Shown: piece by piece, positions 13,314-25,962 of the stretch
How positions within the stretch are numbered: position 1 is the first letter of the stretch
Layout: each line of letters opens with the position of its first letter
Source: Pseudogymnoascus verrucosus
Lineage: Eukaryota
Strand: one strand, 5' to 3'
DNA: 61,702 nt
NCBI GenBank assembly: GCA_001662655.1
Contig: KV460281.1
Program-made: the position numbers and the translations under genes
The notes under the pieces: generated by a model
What the model was told of the DNA's origin: nothing
Database searches by the model: none
The model's input: only the letters and a program-made list of their open reading frames with translations

Positions 13314-15157
13314 GGTCACTCCAAGACAACAAAGCTGTCTATCAAGCTTGTGAAAACGACTTCTTGTACTCTGGAAGTCTTGTGGGCGAAATGTACTTTA
13401 ATAATATTCCGTTAATCGTTTGTCCTCGGAGATGAGAATGCCAAACTCAACGCTACCGGGAGTTGGAAGAACTGTGAGCCCTGGCAATCCCATTCGAATC
13501 CATCGTCTCACTTGGCAAAGCAACCTAGCAGAGAAATCGGGGCATGGGATATTGGTTTGAATAATACTAGTTAAAAATCCTCCTCCACGAAGGCACGCTA
13601 ACAATACCAGCATGCGAAACACCACGAAGATATCTGCACATACTTCATATCAGTAAGCATATTATCACTCTGTACATATCTGGTACTGGAGTACATTACT
13701 TCGGGCCGTTACTATTATTAGTAATATCCCCTTCAAGTGACATAGTTGTAGTGCCTATCCTATGTGCCTGAATGTGTAAATACCGACTCCTATTCCTTCA
13801 AGTCTTTCGACTCCTCTATTTTTCGGGCTGAATTGTAGGATTGTAGGATTCGCCAGTGTAATTACAGACCTTGGCAACATATAGACCACTGAATATTCCT
13901 TGGCGACTCGGAGAAAGGTACAAATGACACCACAGGATTGACACTTCCGCTAACAGACACGGCAGGTTTAAACATGGATGATAGTCCTTTGATGTGGCCT
14001 AATACATAGGCTAGTTCCTCATTCGTATATATAGCGGGATAGGGCGGGTGGGTGTTGGGGGTGATGCGGGGATATTGTAGTTATTCAAAAACATGCCAGC
14101 TCGCACAATGAAATACCCTGGTTAACTTCAATAAGCATAACGTATAAACACCTTTCCGCGACCTACCTTCTAACCCCCAAGATAACTTACGTATAAATTC
14201 TATAGCACAGAGTGGCCTTCCAACTAGGTCACAGGGCGGTGGGTGTGATCCACGGTGCGGCATGTAAAAGCACCAGTCACGTCGGTATTTGCCCTAGTAA
14301 TGTAGTTAGTTTCTGAATGTCATTAATCATACTGTAGAGTAACTTATCCGGTTTAGCCGTGCTCTTCAGCTCGTGAGAATTGTCCCAATTGGGAGGTTTC
14401 TTTCTCCTTCTAATAAGGCATCCGTCTAGCAACGTGGGGGCTAAAGCTCGTACCCATAGGGCAATATGTCACAATACATAGTGGCTTCTAGATCTAAAAC
14501 GAGTGTAATAACGACGATATTTTGGTCCCTTCAATCGTCCTTGGTTTACCTACTCCCATTTACATGAGTTTGTTGTCTCATGTTTCTACCGTATATCACA
14601 GCACGTTATGCGATCTAGAGAGCAAAGATGGGGGAATCTGCCAAAGCGCACGACCATCATTTTGGGATCGAAAGGGTTGAAAAGTTGACGGTGGCGTTTA
14701 TGGAAGGACGATAAAATATTGTTTATTGTCAAGCACATCTAGGCCCAGTCGAAATCAAGGCTGGTAGTAATGCACAGATAAATGTGTATTTTTGGTGGTG
14801 AGGGTGTGGGAAACCACCACCATGTGGACGTTGCGGGGGTGTGCATTTATTTTGGGGGGTGTCCAAGGTTACTACTCATTGTTCGCGGTACTGACAGGGG
14901 GTTTTTCCCGCGATTCCTTCGTCACTCACACCTCCCGAATCTAGCTTGGCCTGCCATAATACCCTGACAACCAGATCCTACGGTGCCATTCTGCACAATC
15001 CTCCAAGCTCCCAGCCTTTGCCGGCGAATGCTTCCTCTCTGACATGCGCATAATAGCGCAACCGCAGTCGGCATTGGCGCGAGCCTGGAGAAAATTGACT
15101 GGGGCATCGGGGCAGCAAACAATCCTGCCGCGTGAACTGTGAGAAGCAGGAACTCAG

Positions 15158-16872
15158 ATCCCCGAAGAAGGGACAAACAACAACTACAGGTTATTTTGTC
15201 GCGTAAATCTGGGCGATAGATTTAATAATGAGAGATATATTACTTTGCGAAAACTTGGGTATGGCCAATACTCAACTGTTTGGCTGGCGCGTGACCTGAG
15301 GTACAAATCCGAACCACTACGATTCAATCGAATCCTTGGATCTGTCATTGACACACCCCTAACACCATACTAGGAGAGTGGCCGAAGGGTGGTTCAACTC
15401 CACCGTCGAAGCTCCCGGTGGCAAAGGCACCTCTCCTACGTATCACAGGAAAATAAAACAACTACAATGCTTCCAAATCCGAACCACTAATTTAAGGGGC
15501 TCTCAGTAAGCTAACAGTATGCACCAGAACGAAAACACACGTGGCCCTTAAAGTTTTAAGGTCGGATTGTTATAATGACAATCATGATATTTTCGAGCTT
15601 GAGATGCTACAGCACATCGAACATGAATCGTCCCTATCGACCCATGCCGGATAAAACCACGTCCTTCGGCTGCTCAACCACTTTCGCCACGAAGGAGAAG
15701 AGGGAACTCACGTATGTCTTGTGTTCCCCGTTTTGGGGCATCACCTAGGCCTTCAAATTGCCAAATTTGACCAGGGACGCATCCCAGTGGCTGTGATGAA
15801 GGAAGTAGCTCGGCAATTACTTCAGGGGTTGGATTATTTGCATCGAGAATGCGGCATCATACACACAGGCAAGGCGCTCAGTGCAAAAATAGCTTGAAAG
15901 AGTTAATAATTGACCAATCAAATATAGACCTGAAGCCATCGAACATACTACTCGAGCTGGATGATTCCAAGGCAGTTGTTTCGAGATATATCGAGCAAAC
16001 CCCAGTTCGAACCACAGAGACAGATGCTGGCAGCGAGGAAGGCGTAATTGCGACACCCCTGAGTGAAGTTATTACAACACCATTAATCTCAGAAATGGAT
16101 AATATTCGTGTGAGGATTATCGATTTTGGAGTCGGTACGGTGCCCCTGACCTCCATTGGGACCCCTTTGCAGCGGGGATGTTACTGACTTACTGTTCGCA
16201 GCATCTTGGGTGGATAAACATTTATCAGATCGGATCCAACCACCTCATCTGAGAGCCCCCGAAGTTACGCTGGGCGCTCCGTGGGGTACGGGTGTGGATA
16301 TATGGAGCTTTGGGTGTCTCGTACGTTACAGTTTCCAGACACATTTCTAGAAAGTATGCATTCAACAGGGGGAGAAATAATTAACATTGCTCTAGATTAT
16401 TGAGTTCGTGAAGGGCCATCTCCCATTCCCTGGGGCCGCATCGCGGGATGGAACATGGACAGCGGAAGATGACCGGCTCGCACAGCTCATCGAGGTTTTC
16501 GGGCCTTTTCCTAGGGCTCTTCTTGAACGAGGCGCCAGGCCTAAGGAGTTCTTCGATGAAGGTATGCTGGAACGAATGAGTTCCGCCAGCTGTCTTTGAT
16601 GTTCTTGGCGATAAATGCTAACCTCTCCACCAGGTAATTTGCTGCGTATCCCAAAGCTTTCGCCCGCGTCTTTCCTCTCATTGATGGATGGCGAGACTGA
16701 GGTCCTTCGAAGGCCGAAGGATATGCCGAAGGCCGAGGTGCCTGTCTTTGTCGACTTCTTGGAGAACGTGCTGGCCATTGATCCCGATGACAGGAAATCA
16801 GCGGCTGAGATGCTGAAGCACCCCTGGCTTGTTCCAGAAGCTGTGAGAACAGCTCCACCCGAACGCTCTTAG
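15158..16872 (+). pseudogene. SRPK-like (CMGC) Ser/Thr kinase pseudogene
   Basis: KLGYGQYSTVWLARD, HVALKV, IIHTDLKPSNIL, IIDFG, RAPEV, DIWSFGC; in-frame TAA at 15652-15654; GC-AG intron 15869-15927; start not resolved. Confidence 0.85.
15304..15489. mobile_element. 154-bp insertion flanked by a 16-bp direct repeat inside a kinase intron
   Basis: CAAATCCGAACCACTA at 15304-15319 and 15474-15489; removing the insert plus one copy shrinks the intron from 227 to a typical 57 nt. Confidence 0.7.
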
Positions 16873-18086
16873 CCCAAGCGCTTTTCTAAACCACCCTGCT
16901 TCTTTCCAATTCCAGCCACTTTGTATCGCTTCTGCCGATTACCACCCTTGTCAACTCTTGACTGGCGTTCATTCTGCCCCCTCATTTCCATCGCAAACAT
17001 TTGTCTCTCCACAGCCACCAATGCGAGTCGTTGGACTTCTGGGATACCAATCATACTGGTGGATGTACCGGCCCTTGCGATTAATCTCCTATCGAGCGTT
17101 GCCGGAGGCGTTGCCTCAGACTCCTCCTCATTGAGGAGGTGTCGGCGTAATGATGGCGCGGAGGATGAGCGCCTCTTGGAATTTCTATGAGTGCTGCGCG
17201 CGCCTGAGCGAGAACCAACGGTTTTACCCGATGGTAGGTGCAAGTCATCGTCGTCATCCGGAACCAAATTCACTCCTTGGGGCTCGTCCTGAGAATCGTC
17301 GACATCATAAAACTGCCAGAATTTATGTCGGTCGTTCGAAAAATCAAGTATGCAATGGCCTTTGCCACACATGTGATCTTGGACGGCGAGCCTGTTAGGT
17401 TTTAAGCTCCCGCAGAAAAGGCATTCGTGGAAAACTGATATTAGGGTATAGAGGTAACCGAGAAGAGAGTCGATGTCGGTGAGTTCTTCGGAATTGGGGA
17501 TAAAGAAGCTGTGGGCGTGAGACATGTGTGCGATATTAGAACCTAATGACGTAGATTTCACGTTGCAGAATAAACAATCCAGCGAACTGAAAGGTTTGGC
17601 TGGACTGGCCGGTTCATCTTCCTTGCGGGTGTTTGAAAGGGGAGAACTTGGTTCAGGGGTTTCGTCCGGCGAAACGGGCAATTTGGTGGCTCTCCTTGTG
17701 TGATTTCGTGATTTGAGATGTTCTTGCCATGCTTTTTGGTTCAGAAAATTCTGGCCACAGGCAGAGCACGAAAGCTGAAATCCTGAAGACGCGTCTGCCG
17801 CATCGGTTTCAGGAAGCACTTCCCCGTTGAATGTAGCCTCTGATATTGGAGGCAAGGCGTCTATGCGGCGCTTCAAGTTGCAGACGCTAGTTTTATTAAT
17901 ATTTCTAATAATAACTTGGCTTCGATTTGCCACTCACTGCCAATCATCTTTCATATGCGCCCTCTGTGTTTGCCTGTCGGTAAAATTGACACGGCATGCC
18001 GAACAACTATAGACTTCTTTGGCTGAATTTTCGCTGGTAGCAGAAGCAGCTGCACCAGATCCTGATCCGGATCCTGATCCGCTCAT
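16869..18086 (-). CDS. REI1/Reh1-like (TRI15-like) C2H2 zinc finger pre-60S factor
   Basis: Two exons (18086-17938, 17886-16869); CSAC..QRAHMKDDWHVCNLKRR, CLFC..HMSHAHSFFIP, ECLFC..VQDHM..KGHC, LHLPSGKTVGSR. Confidence 0.85.
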
Positions 18087-18304
18087 TGTAAATAATAAAA
18101 ATTTAATAAAGAACAATCAATAAAAAAACTGCTGCGTGAATAAATAGAGTAAATCTTCAAAAATACAGCAAAATAGCAGATGTACAAAATTAGAATGCAC
18201 TTATAGCCCGAAGAAAAGAATAAACCTGATCACTTATATATTAGAGCATATGCTGACTTGAAAGTATGAGCGACAAAATACGTAGATGTCGTATCCGTCA
18301 ATAT

Positions 18305-18502
18305 GCGCCGGAGGCGCCGAAAGCGCCGAATGCAATGATGAGCCATGATGACTCAGAATGAGTCGCGGATTTGGGGAGTGACAAGGGTGGGGTTGCAATT
18401 ACTCTTTTCACGAACACCAACATAGCAGCCATCAATGCCTCAATTCATAGCAATAGCATGAAATATTTCCGCTAGTACTTTATCATCGTCGCAATTGACT
18501 CA
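18305..18502. promoter_or_regulatory. Putative CpcA/Gcn4 (TGACTCA) sites and a triple GCGCCG repeat upstream of the REI1-like gene
   Basis: TGACTCA at 18349-18355 and 18496-18502; near-match TGAGTCG at 18359; GCGCCG x3 at 18305-18328. Confidence 0.4.
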
Positions 18503-18669
18503 TGTGATGTTTATAACGGTCTTTCCATGTTGAGGAATAGAAGGTTGATGATACTCGACAACAGCACATCCACGCTATACTAAATATAGATAGAGTTGCC
18601 ACTCAAGCATTCCAACATCATCATCGCTGTATCACTTGAGTCTTGAGTTCTCGGTGCGAACTGAAACCT

Positions 18670-19869
18670 TCAATCCCTAACTAATAACCCCCTTCGGTCA
18701 ACTCGCCACCCCACGTCGGCGCCCAGCATATAGCCTACCGATTCCTCCCACCGCTCCTGCTTCACCAAATCCGCTGGCTCAAACTCCTTCACGGATCGCC
18801 AGTTACCAGGGTCAACCTCGGCATCCGAACCGTCCCAGAGGAGATATTTGGCAAGGTGCGTGTAGCACTCCAATCGCTCCTGAAGTATGTTTTCAGCATA
18901 CTCGTCTTGGTAGAAGCCATCCTTGGGACCATCGGGGAAGAGCGCCGTAGATTTGGATTTCGGGCTGAGGTGTAAGGATAGGTGGTGTACGGCGGGTAAA
19001 TGATATGTCAGGGTTTCGAAGTGCGTTCGAAGGGGGAAGATGGCGACGTAGGTTAGTGTTGTAGCCGTGGCGGGGTATAGTGGAGTGATGAGGAGGGAAT
19101 TCAGGAGTGAAGGGGCTCGATGGTGGCGTGGAGCGTCATAGTTCAAGCTGGCTTCCATGTGGGATCCTTCGTTGAGGAGAACGGAAGTCCAGGGCCGGAT
19201 CTCGAGAAGTCCTTGGGGCTGAGAGACGGTAGTTTCGTTATTTTGTGGTTGATCAAGCTGCTTGGAAGACGCCAACTTTTCCACCGAGAGCTGTAAGATT
19301 TGATACTTGATATTAAACGCATCCGCGTCTTCCATATCAATTACACACCTAGTAAGGTCCCCGAGTAACCTCGGCGGGGCTACGATAGTGACAACCCGGG
19401 GGTTAATGACCTGGAATAAATCCGCCCAGACGCTTTGATACTCCTCGGGCTGGTAGCCAAGGACGCGCTGGATGGGTGCTTCATGGTTATAAACGCCCAG
19501 TATGAAGCTGGACACCACAAGATCGTGCGCTTTGAAGAGACCGAGAAAGGCATCCACGTTGCCCTTCAGATTGAAGCTGCATAGGTGGCTATCGCGGAGG
19601 ATGAGGCGAGTATGCTTGAAGAGAAGGTGGAGCGTAGAGCGACGCCACGTGCGGCTGACCAAGGACGCATTTTTCAGAGTTGTGCTTTCCGCGCTGGTAA
19701 TTGAAAAGCTAGGTTCTTGGCTTATGGCGTCTGAGAGGGAAAGAATAGGCCCCGCGGCATGATGAAAGATGAGGTCAAAGATCTCGCGAGGTAGGGACTC
19801 GATGGTTGTAGCTGTTGTGGGGTGGTCTACGGGGAGGGTCCTGGTGCCTTCCACGGCTGGTAGCTCCAT
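18670..19869 (-). CDS. F-box-like domain protein (399 aa, intronless)
   Basis: TIESLPREIFDLIF...LKNASLVSRTWR F-box pattern; PWTSVLLNEGS motif. Confidence 0.75.
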   Translation of the reverse strand: MELPAVEGTRTLPVDHPTTATTIESLPREIFDLIFHHAAGPILSLSDAISQEPSFSITSAESTTLKNASLVSRTWRRSTLHLLFKHTRLILRDSHLCSFNLKGNVDAFLGLFKAHDLVVSSFILGVYNHEAPIQRVLGYQPEEYQSVWADLFQVINPRVVTIVAPPRLLGDLTRCVIDMEDADAFNIKYQILQLSVEKLASSKQLDQPQNNETTVSQPQGLLEIRPWTSVLLNEGSHMEASLNYDAPRHHRAPSLLNSLLITPLYPATATTLTYVAIFPLRTHFETLTYHLPAVHHLSLHLSPKSKSTALFPDGPKDGFYQDEYAENILQERLECYTHLAKYLLWDGSDAEVDPGNWRSVKEFEPADLVKQERWEESVGYMLGADVGWRVDRRGLLVRD

Positions 19870-20331
19870 GGCTTCACCCGCGTTCTGGAAGGTGCTAATT
19901 ATTGGCGCCCAGTGTTTGACAGGTCTAAGCGGATCGTCACACAGGGGAACAAACTAGTTTCTTGCCATGAGTTTGCCGTGGATCGTGTTTTGTTGATGTC
20001 CAAGTTAAGTTCCGATGTAAGATTCTTAGTAATCATAAAATTGGAGCCTAACTAACTCTAAACCGTATTCCCGGTCCCGTCGCAAACAATCGTGTCGCCA
20101 TTTCTTCATTATTGTGCCCCTGGTATTTCCCCCCATCTAACGTATTAAATATGATTGTTTGTCGCAGTAGTTGAGGTCGATAATAGCAACAGACTATTGC
20201 ATGCTGAGTCTGCTGCACATGGATCAAGCCGGCTGAAAGAGCCAGCCACATGGGCCCTGACATGCGCCCTGGTATGGCGACAGAACCAACCCCAGAAGTT
20301 CACTCTGGAGATGCGGATTCTCGCGCAAACT

Positions 20332-20835
20332 CTACATCACAGAACAGCACAAACATGCTGCGCACCCTCCACAGCAACCAGCGAGACACGCATCTGTATT
20401 GCTACCACCGCCACCCCCCCCGCCGCCGCCGCCTCCACCGCCCGCTGCTGCTGCAGAAGCACTCGGTGCGTTATTGATGATAATTGTTGGTTGCTCTTTG
20501 ACCGGCGTCATCATAATGGGTTGCTGTGGCGGCGCCGCTACCGCCTGCATTGTGCCATTTGGTAGCTGGATGAAGTATTGCTGTTGGGGTTGTGCGAACT
20601 GAGGTTGTTGCGCAAACTGGCCTTGTTGGAAGTATGCTTGCTGAGGCTGCTGGAACTGAGGCTGTTGAGGCATCGGTGCCGCCGACGGGCTCGGCGCGTA
20701 TGCTGGCGGCAGCTGTCCCTCGTGCGCCTGCTGCATATGTATCGAATTGGGATCGGGGTGCTGGTACGAGTATGGTTGTTGACGGCTTGAATCACCCTCG
20801 GAGGGGATCTTCTGTTCTTTAAGGTTGTCTGCCAT
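20332..20835 (-). CDS. Gln/Pro-rich protein with Cys-rich C-terminal membrane anchor (CYSTM-like)
   Basis: Q/P/Y-rich N-terminus, poly-Gly linker, ACLAGCCGGCAACLCCSVM tail ending in CaaX-like CSVM. Confidence 0.75.
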   Translation of the reverse strand: MADNLKEQKIPSEGDSSRQQPYSYQHPDPNSIHMQQAHEGQLPPAYAPSPSAAPMPQQPQFQQPQQAYFQQGQFAQQPQFAQPQQQYFIQLPNGTMQAVAAPPQQPIMMTPVKEQPTIIINNAPSASAAAAGGGGGGGGGGGGGSNTDACLAGCCGGCAACLCCSVM

Positions 20836-21808
20836 GTTTAATGTTTAGGAACAGAGTAGACCAAGCTGCGAAGACAGCGGGGAATGGGCGGGAGATGAGG
20901 TATATGCAGCCTCATGGTGGTTTCGTGGTACACAGCTGCGCCCAAGGGCATACTGCAAGGCTTCACATCGATGCGGGTCATCCAGTTGGCCGATGCAACT
21001 TATTCTGAGTGATTGTGGCGCGGGATGGCATGGGATTTCATGCATGGCAGGGGGATGAAGGTCGACATGTGCCTGATAAAGAGTCCCAAATTGGGACTAA
21101 TGGGCTTGGTAGTGGTGGGGGCCCAATTAGAGTACGCGGGTTGGGCTGTGCAAGCGCTGTGGACATTTATTGTTTCAGGCGCTGTTGGTATCTACAATAT
21201 CGGCCGTTACAATATTGATTATCGCAACAATAAATAGGAAAGCACATACGAGGCAAGAGGAAAAGGGCTGTGGAACGGTTATTGTTAACACAGTATCTGC
21301 TATGAAAAGGGCCTAAGCTGTAACGGTGAAATATAAATATAATCATCGTGACCTACCTTGAGCTTTGCTCTAATTCCCTGTGGGACAGCCTTGTCAACTG
21401 GAGGCCGCCACTGACAACACTAAATGCGGCCGGTTCCATGAGGTTGGAGGCCTCCAATATCCAGCCTTTGCCAGCAAAGCAGACACTCGCAATTTACACT
21501 GGCACCGCGCTGATTGACAGACGTCTGATTGTATAGAGCCTTCATAGACTGCCCTCCAAAGTAATAGCAATGCCGTTCCTGATGGGTTCCAAAGAAATCT
21601 CAGAATAAGAGCGGGTAGCTCTACAATTGCTTTATATGTAGTGAAATATAATTACGTGAACCTGTTATCGTAAACAACTTTTAGAGAAATATTATAGATA
21701 CTATAAAAGAGTACTCTACACAACAAAATAACAACAATAATATGATATTTAATAGGAAGAGTGATGAGGTCGTAAATTATCACGTGAGTAAAACGATGGG
21801 GTGGTCGA

Positions 21809-22936
21809 ATGGGCCAGCCTTGGGAGCCCGTGGGAGCCTTGTACACCTTCACACGCAACCCGTGCGAAAGGTCGCACGCACTATCCGCACCAGCTATGGT
21901 CCACCCTAGGGACGGCCCTCTAGCGGGGTCACTTCCCCGTGCTGATCAGGGTGTAGAATATAACCACACTTCATACATCTGCCCAGAAGACTTAGACGTT
22001 ACTTTAAGCAACAATTGTAACAATCCATCCTCGGATGATATCGCATCTTTTCTGGAATATGCACAGTTCGATAGCCGTGACTCTTCTCGATACCATTGCG
22101 ATGAGGATCTTCGAGACATCATTACTCCTCCTCTGGACCTTTCCAGCCATTCGAGGACACCGCTCTCACCCCACATAATCCACAGCGATGTTTCGTCAGA
22201 CTCTCCATCTTCACCCGAAATTACTCAGTGGCATAATTACCATATTTAAGGTGATTTCTTGCCGTACATTACGCTCATTACCAAGACTAATCCTCTCTCT
22301 AGACCCGAACCGGCATCCATGTAGCCCTTCGCAGGATGTACCTTCCGAATTATCCCTCGGTCATTCGAGTCCTGCGCAGAGACAAACCACACCCACAAGT
22401 CACGAACGACATGAAACAGACTGGGAATACAATCACGATAACTCGACAAGTCTAGATTGTCCTTCCTCCCATGGTCCTCCATATCCCACAGTTCAACGAA
22501 ATATCGACACGCATCCCTCTATAGACTTTGGACAATTTATCCACTTTTCGCCAGAACCACCATTACCAGATGACATTCTGAAGTCAGCTCGCAAGCGAAC
22601 ATCAGGGAGGAGGTCACGGAGGAAATACCTACAGCTTGTCTGTGATTCTTGCCCAAAAGAATTCTCGCGTCGTTGCGATCTCAAGTAAGCAAGCCATATC
22701 CATACCAAAGACACACTATTGATGCTTTGCAAAGCAAGCACGCGAAGATACACGAACATTCTTTCAAATGCAATATTCCTGGCTGTAGCTTCACACAAGG
22801 ATTTGCTCTCCAGAAGGATCTCCGGCGCCATATTAACACCATTCACTGGCAGAGCACGTTTACGTGTCACGATTGTGGGCAGAAATTTTCAAGATCTGAC
22901 AATTGCCAGCGGCATGTCGAAGAGCAGCATTCTTGA
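21809..22936 (+). pseudogene. Three-finger C2H2 transcription factor, probably carrying a premature stop
   Basis: Fingers CDSC..H..IH, CNIPGC..HINTIH and CHDC..HVEEQH; introns 22251-22302 and 22685-22734 join the ORFs in frame, but TAA 22247-22249 lies just before the first donor. Confidence 0.6.
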
Positions 22937-23202
22937 CGTTCTCTACGATGTGCCTCATATCTATTTACCGTAAGGGGGTTAGATGCAAATTGGGGAGTAA
23001 GCTTCCTTCATGTTTTTCTTATGCCTATGGATTTCTCTGCGCTTCGGAGCTTCGCTTGCTGCACTTGCCCACAAAACATATCAACATTCCGGTCTACTTT
23101 ACTTTGTACTGCTAATTTTTCTCTATTTTATCTATAACTAAAATATATATAGTCGCTAGAGAATGCAGTAAATTTAGAGCCTGGTCATTATAGTCGTTCA
23201 GT

Positions 23203-25962
23203 TTATGAAATAGTCAACTCCCCACTCAAAGGAAGAATTCTGCTACTAGCACCAACCCAGACCGGATATTTCCCCTGCTGCAAGACCCAAGCTTGCTCGG
23301 CAACATTCCAATCCGATAAATCTCTTCGCAAAAGCGTGAACTTGACAGTCTCGGTCTGGCCGGGCGCAATCTCGACCTTATCGAATCCACGAAGCTGTCG
23401 CACAGGGCCGCCTGGGATGTTAACGTATAGCTGTGCTACTTCCTTTGCTGTGACATCGCCGGTGTTGGTGATTACTGCAGTGGCAGTTGCGATAACATCC
23501 CAGAGACTCTCCCTTCCGCCTTCGATGATGGGGGATTCGGGAGCAGCGCGGGATGTGTTCGCATTTTGGACAAGCGACACGCTGAGGTCCGAATATTCGA
23601 ATGTGGTGTAGGTCAAGCCGAAACCGAATTCGTATCTTGGCGTGATGTTCTTCCGGTCAAAATCGCGGTAGTCAATGTAGACACCCTCCGTGAAGTCATC
23701 TTGTGGGAAGAAGAAGAATTCGTCAGCTGGCTTGGCGATGGGAACGTTGTAGTCTGATTCGTTTCTGGCGACTGTGTAGCTCATTTTGCCAGATGGGGAT
23801 TCATCGCCGAAGAGAAGTGAGACGGCTGCGCGGCCTGAGTCCTGCCCTGGGAGATGAGCGAACATGACAGCGGTGATGTTGGGGTGCTCGATCCATGTGT
23901 CCACGAGGCGAATACCGGCGTTGTGGATGACAACGATGGTGTTAGAGCAAGCCGAGGCGACGTTGAGAATAATATCATCGGAGTAATCGTCTGTGGATTT
24001 CAATAATTAGCATATTCTGTTATGATATCTCTTGAGCGTGGTCACAAACCATGAAGTCCTTCTCTATCCACCCCCTCAGTGGCGAAAGCGTTGATGAAAA
24101 CTAGGCAGGTATCACTTGCTTGGTCAACAAGTGGCGCAGTCGAGTGGAAATCCCAGAGTAACTGGAATCCATCGGCGTAGGCTCTCTCTTGAAGAGCATC
24201 AAACGGAGCTGAGATGTACGCAGGAGCTGTTCCGCCACTACCCCCACCAACGATCAAAGTCCCGTTCGGACCGATCTGGCCAGGATTGGTAAATGGGGGT
24301 GCGAATGCGTCTCTCCAGAAGAAATCGGTGTTTGATAAGAATCCGAACTTGTAATTGAAGTTGGCATCGACAAGATTGACACGAGGCGGTGCCACTGCGT
24401 CGTAGCCAAATAGAGACAAAAGCTTGGGCTTCTTGAAAGGGAGGGCCTTGTTGACATTCTTAACAAGTACGTGTCCTTCGATTGCACCCTGAAGGAGAAT
24501 GGGCTTTGAGGCGGGATCGCGGGCGTTTACTGCTTTGTGTGATACGTTGTACTGAAGGGGCAGGCTAACTGGAGGGAAATCTCTCTATGGGGTGATTAGC
24601 GAAAAACTCTTTCGTTGGATAAGTAAGGACTTACGTCTTGACCGAGTTGATACCAGGCTGCGACAATTCTAGTTGCCACTGAAAACAAACAGTTAGTGAC
24701 AAATGCTGATGGGTGGAATAGTTGGAACTTACTATCGGTAAGACGAGCTTCCGGAATACTGCCATTCTTAACGAATGTTGTAAGGTTGCTGCCGTCTTTT
24801 CCCCAAAAGAAGCCACCATTAGGCATGGCCATGTCTAATCCTCCTTCCGCCGAAGCGATACCAGCATCTGGAATTGTTAGCAATATTCAAACCTGGGAAT
24901 AAGAGACAGCATACGCTGAGCACCCCAATCAGAAACAACGAAACCTTCAAATCCAAGCTCAGTCTTTAACAGGTCATTTTGGGTCTTCTGGTTGTGGCAA
25001 CCGTAAGTGTTGTTGATTCGCTGGTAGGAGCACATGACTGACGCGGATCCAGCATGGACGGCATCGGCAAATGGCCACAAATACAATTCGTGCATTGTCT
25101 TGTCGTCAATATTAGATGAGACAGATTCGACGGTCTGAGAAATATTCGCAGGATTTGACGAAGAAAGTCCACCACCACCAATCCCTCCACTGGCTGTGCT
25201 AGTTATTGGGTTGCGATTTTCTTCCTGCTCATTTCCAATGAAATGTTTTACAGAAGAGATCACACCCGCGTTTTGGATGCCCTTGATAGTATCATGGACG
25301 AGACTTCCCGAGAGATATGCTGGAAACCTGTTAGTTTGGTGTTCACTCATGCAAAGGGGAACAACGTACGGTCATTGCTAAACCCTTCCCAATTTCTACC
25401 ACCAAGAGCAACTCTTCCTAACGGACCTACCACAGGACCTAATAGAACATGAACTCCCTTTCTCTTGAACTCAGCTGCCATATGAGTAGCACGCTGCAGA
25501 GTCAGAGCTTTGTTCCAGCTCGTGCCCACACTAATACCCGCGGGATAAGCGTTGACAAAATCCGTGGCTCTCAATCCCTGGCCAGCATCTGCTAAACAGA
25601 GGCCTTCCCAACCCAGACGGGGTACGGTGCCAGTGACACCTGAACAGCCTGTTGACGGAGTGTAGCCCACAGTAATGTTGGCTCTCTCTGCAAGTGTCAT
25701 CTGAGAGACAAGGGCGACAGCTTTGGCGTGAGCTGTTTGCCATGATAGAGTACCAGGAGCCTCCGCTAATAAACGTTAGCTGTTGAAAAGCAATAAAACC
25801 AGAGCTTAGGTTGGGGTCAGTTATCTCACGGGAGGGTAAGACAGATGGCGACTGCCCATAGAAGTGGGAGTCATCGGTAATATTTTGACCAAAAGAAGTG
25901 CCAGCGAAGATACTCAGCGACAGATATGAGGCTGCCGTCACTCTAGCTATAAAGGAGACCAT
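23203..25962 (-). CDS. Secreted GH3 beta-glucosidase (BglM-like)
   Basis: Signal peptide; [43 protein letters not shown] nucleophile motif, EGVYIDYR, Fn3-like C-terminus. Confidence 0.92.

Noticed and set aside
15371..15438. Resemblance to a glycine riboswitch (GGAGAG..CCGAAGG..AAAGG) or a twister ribozyme
   Set aside because: The P2 stem and CUCUCAGG motif are missing and no twister pseudoknot pairing was found; only generic structure can be supported.
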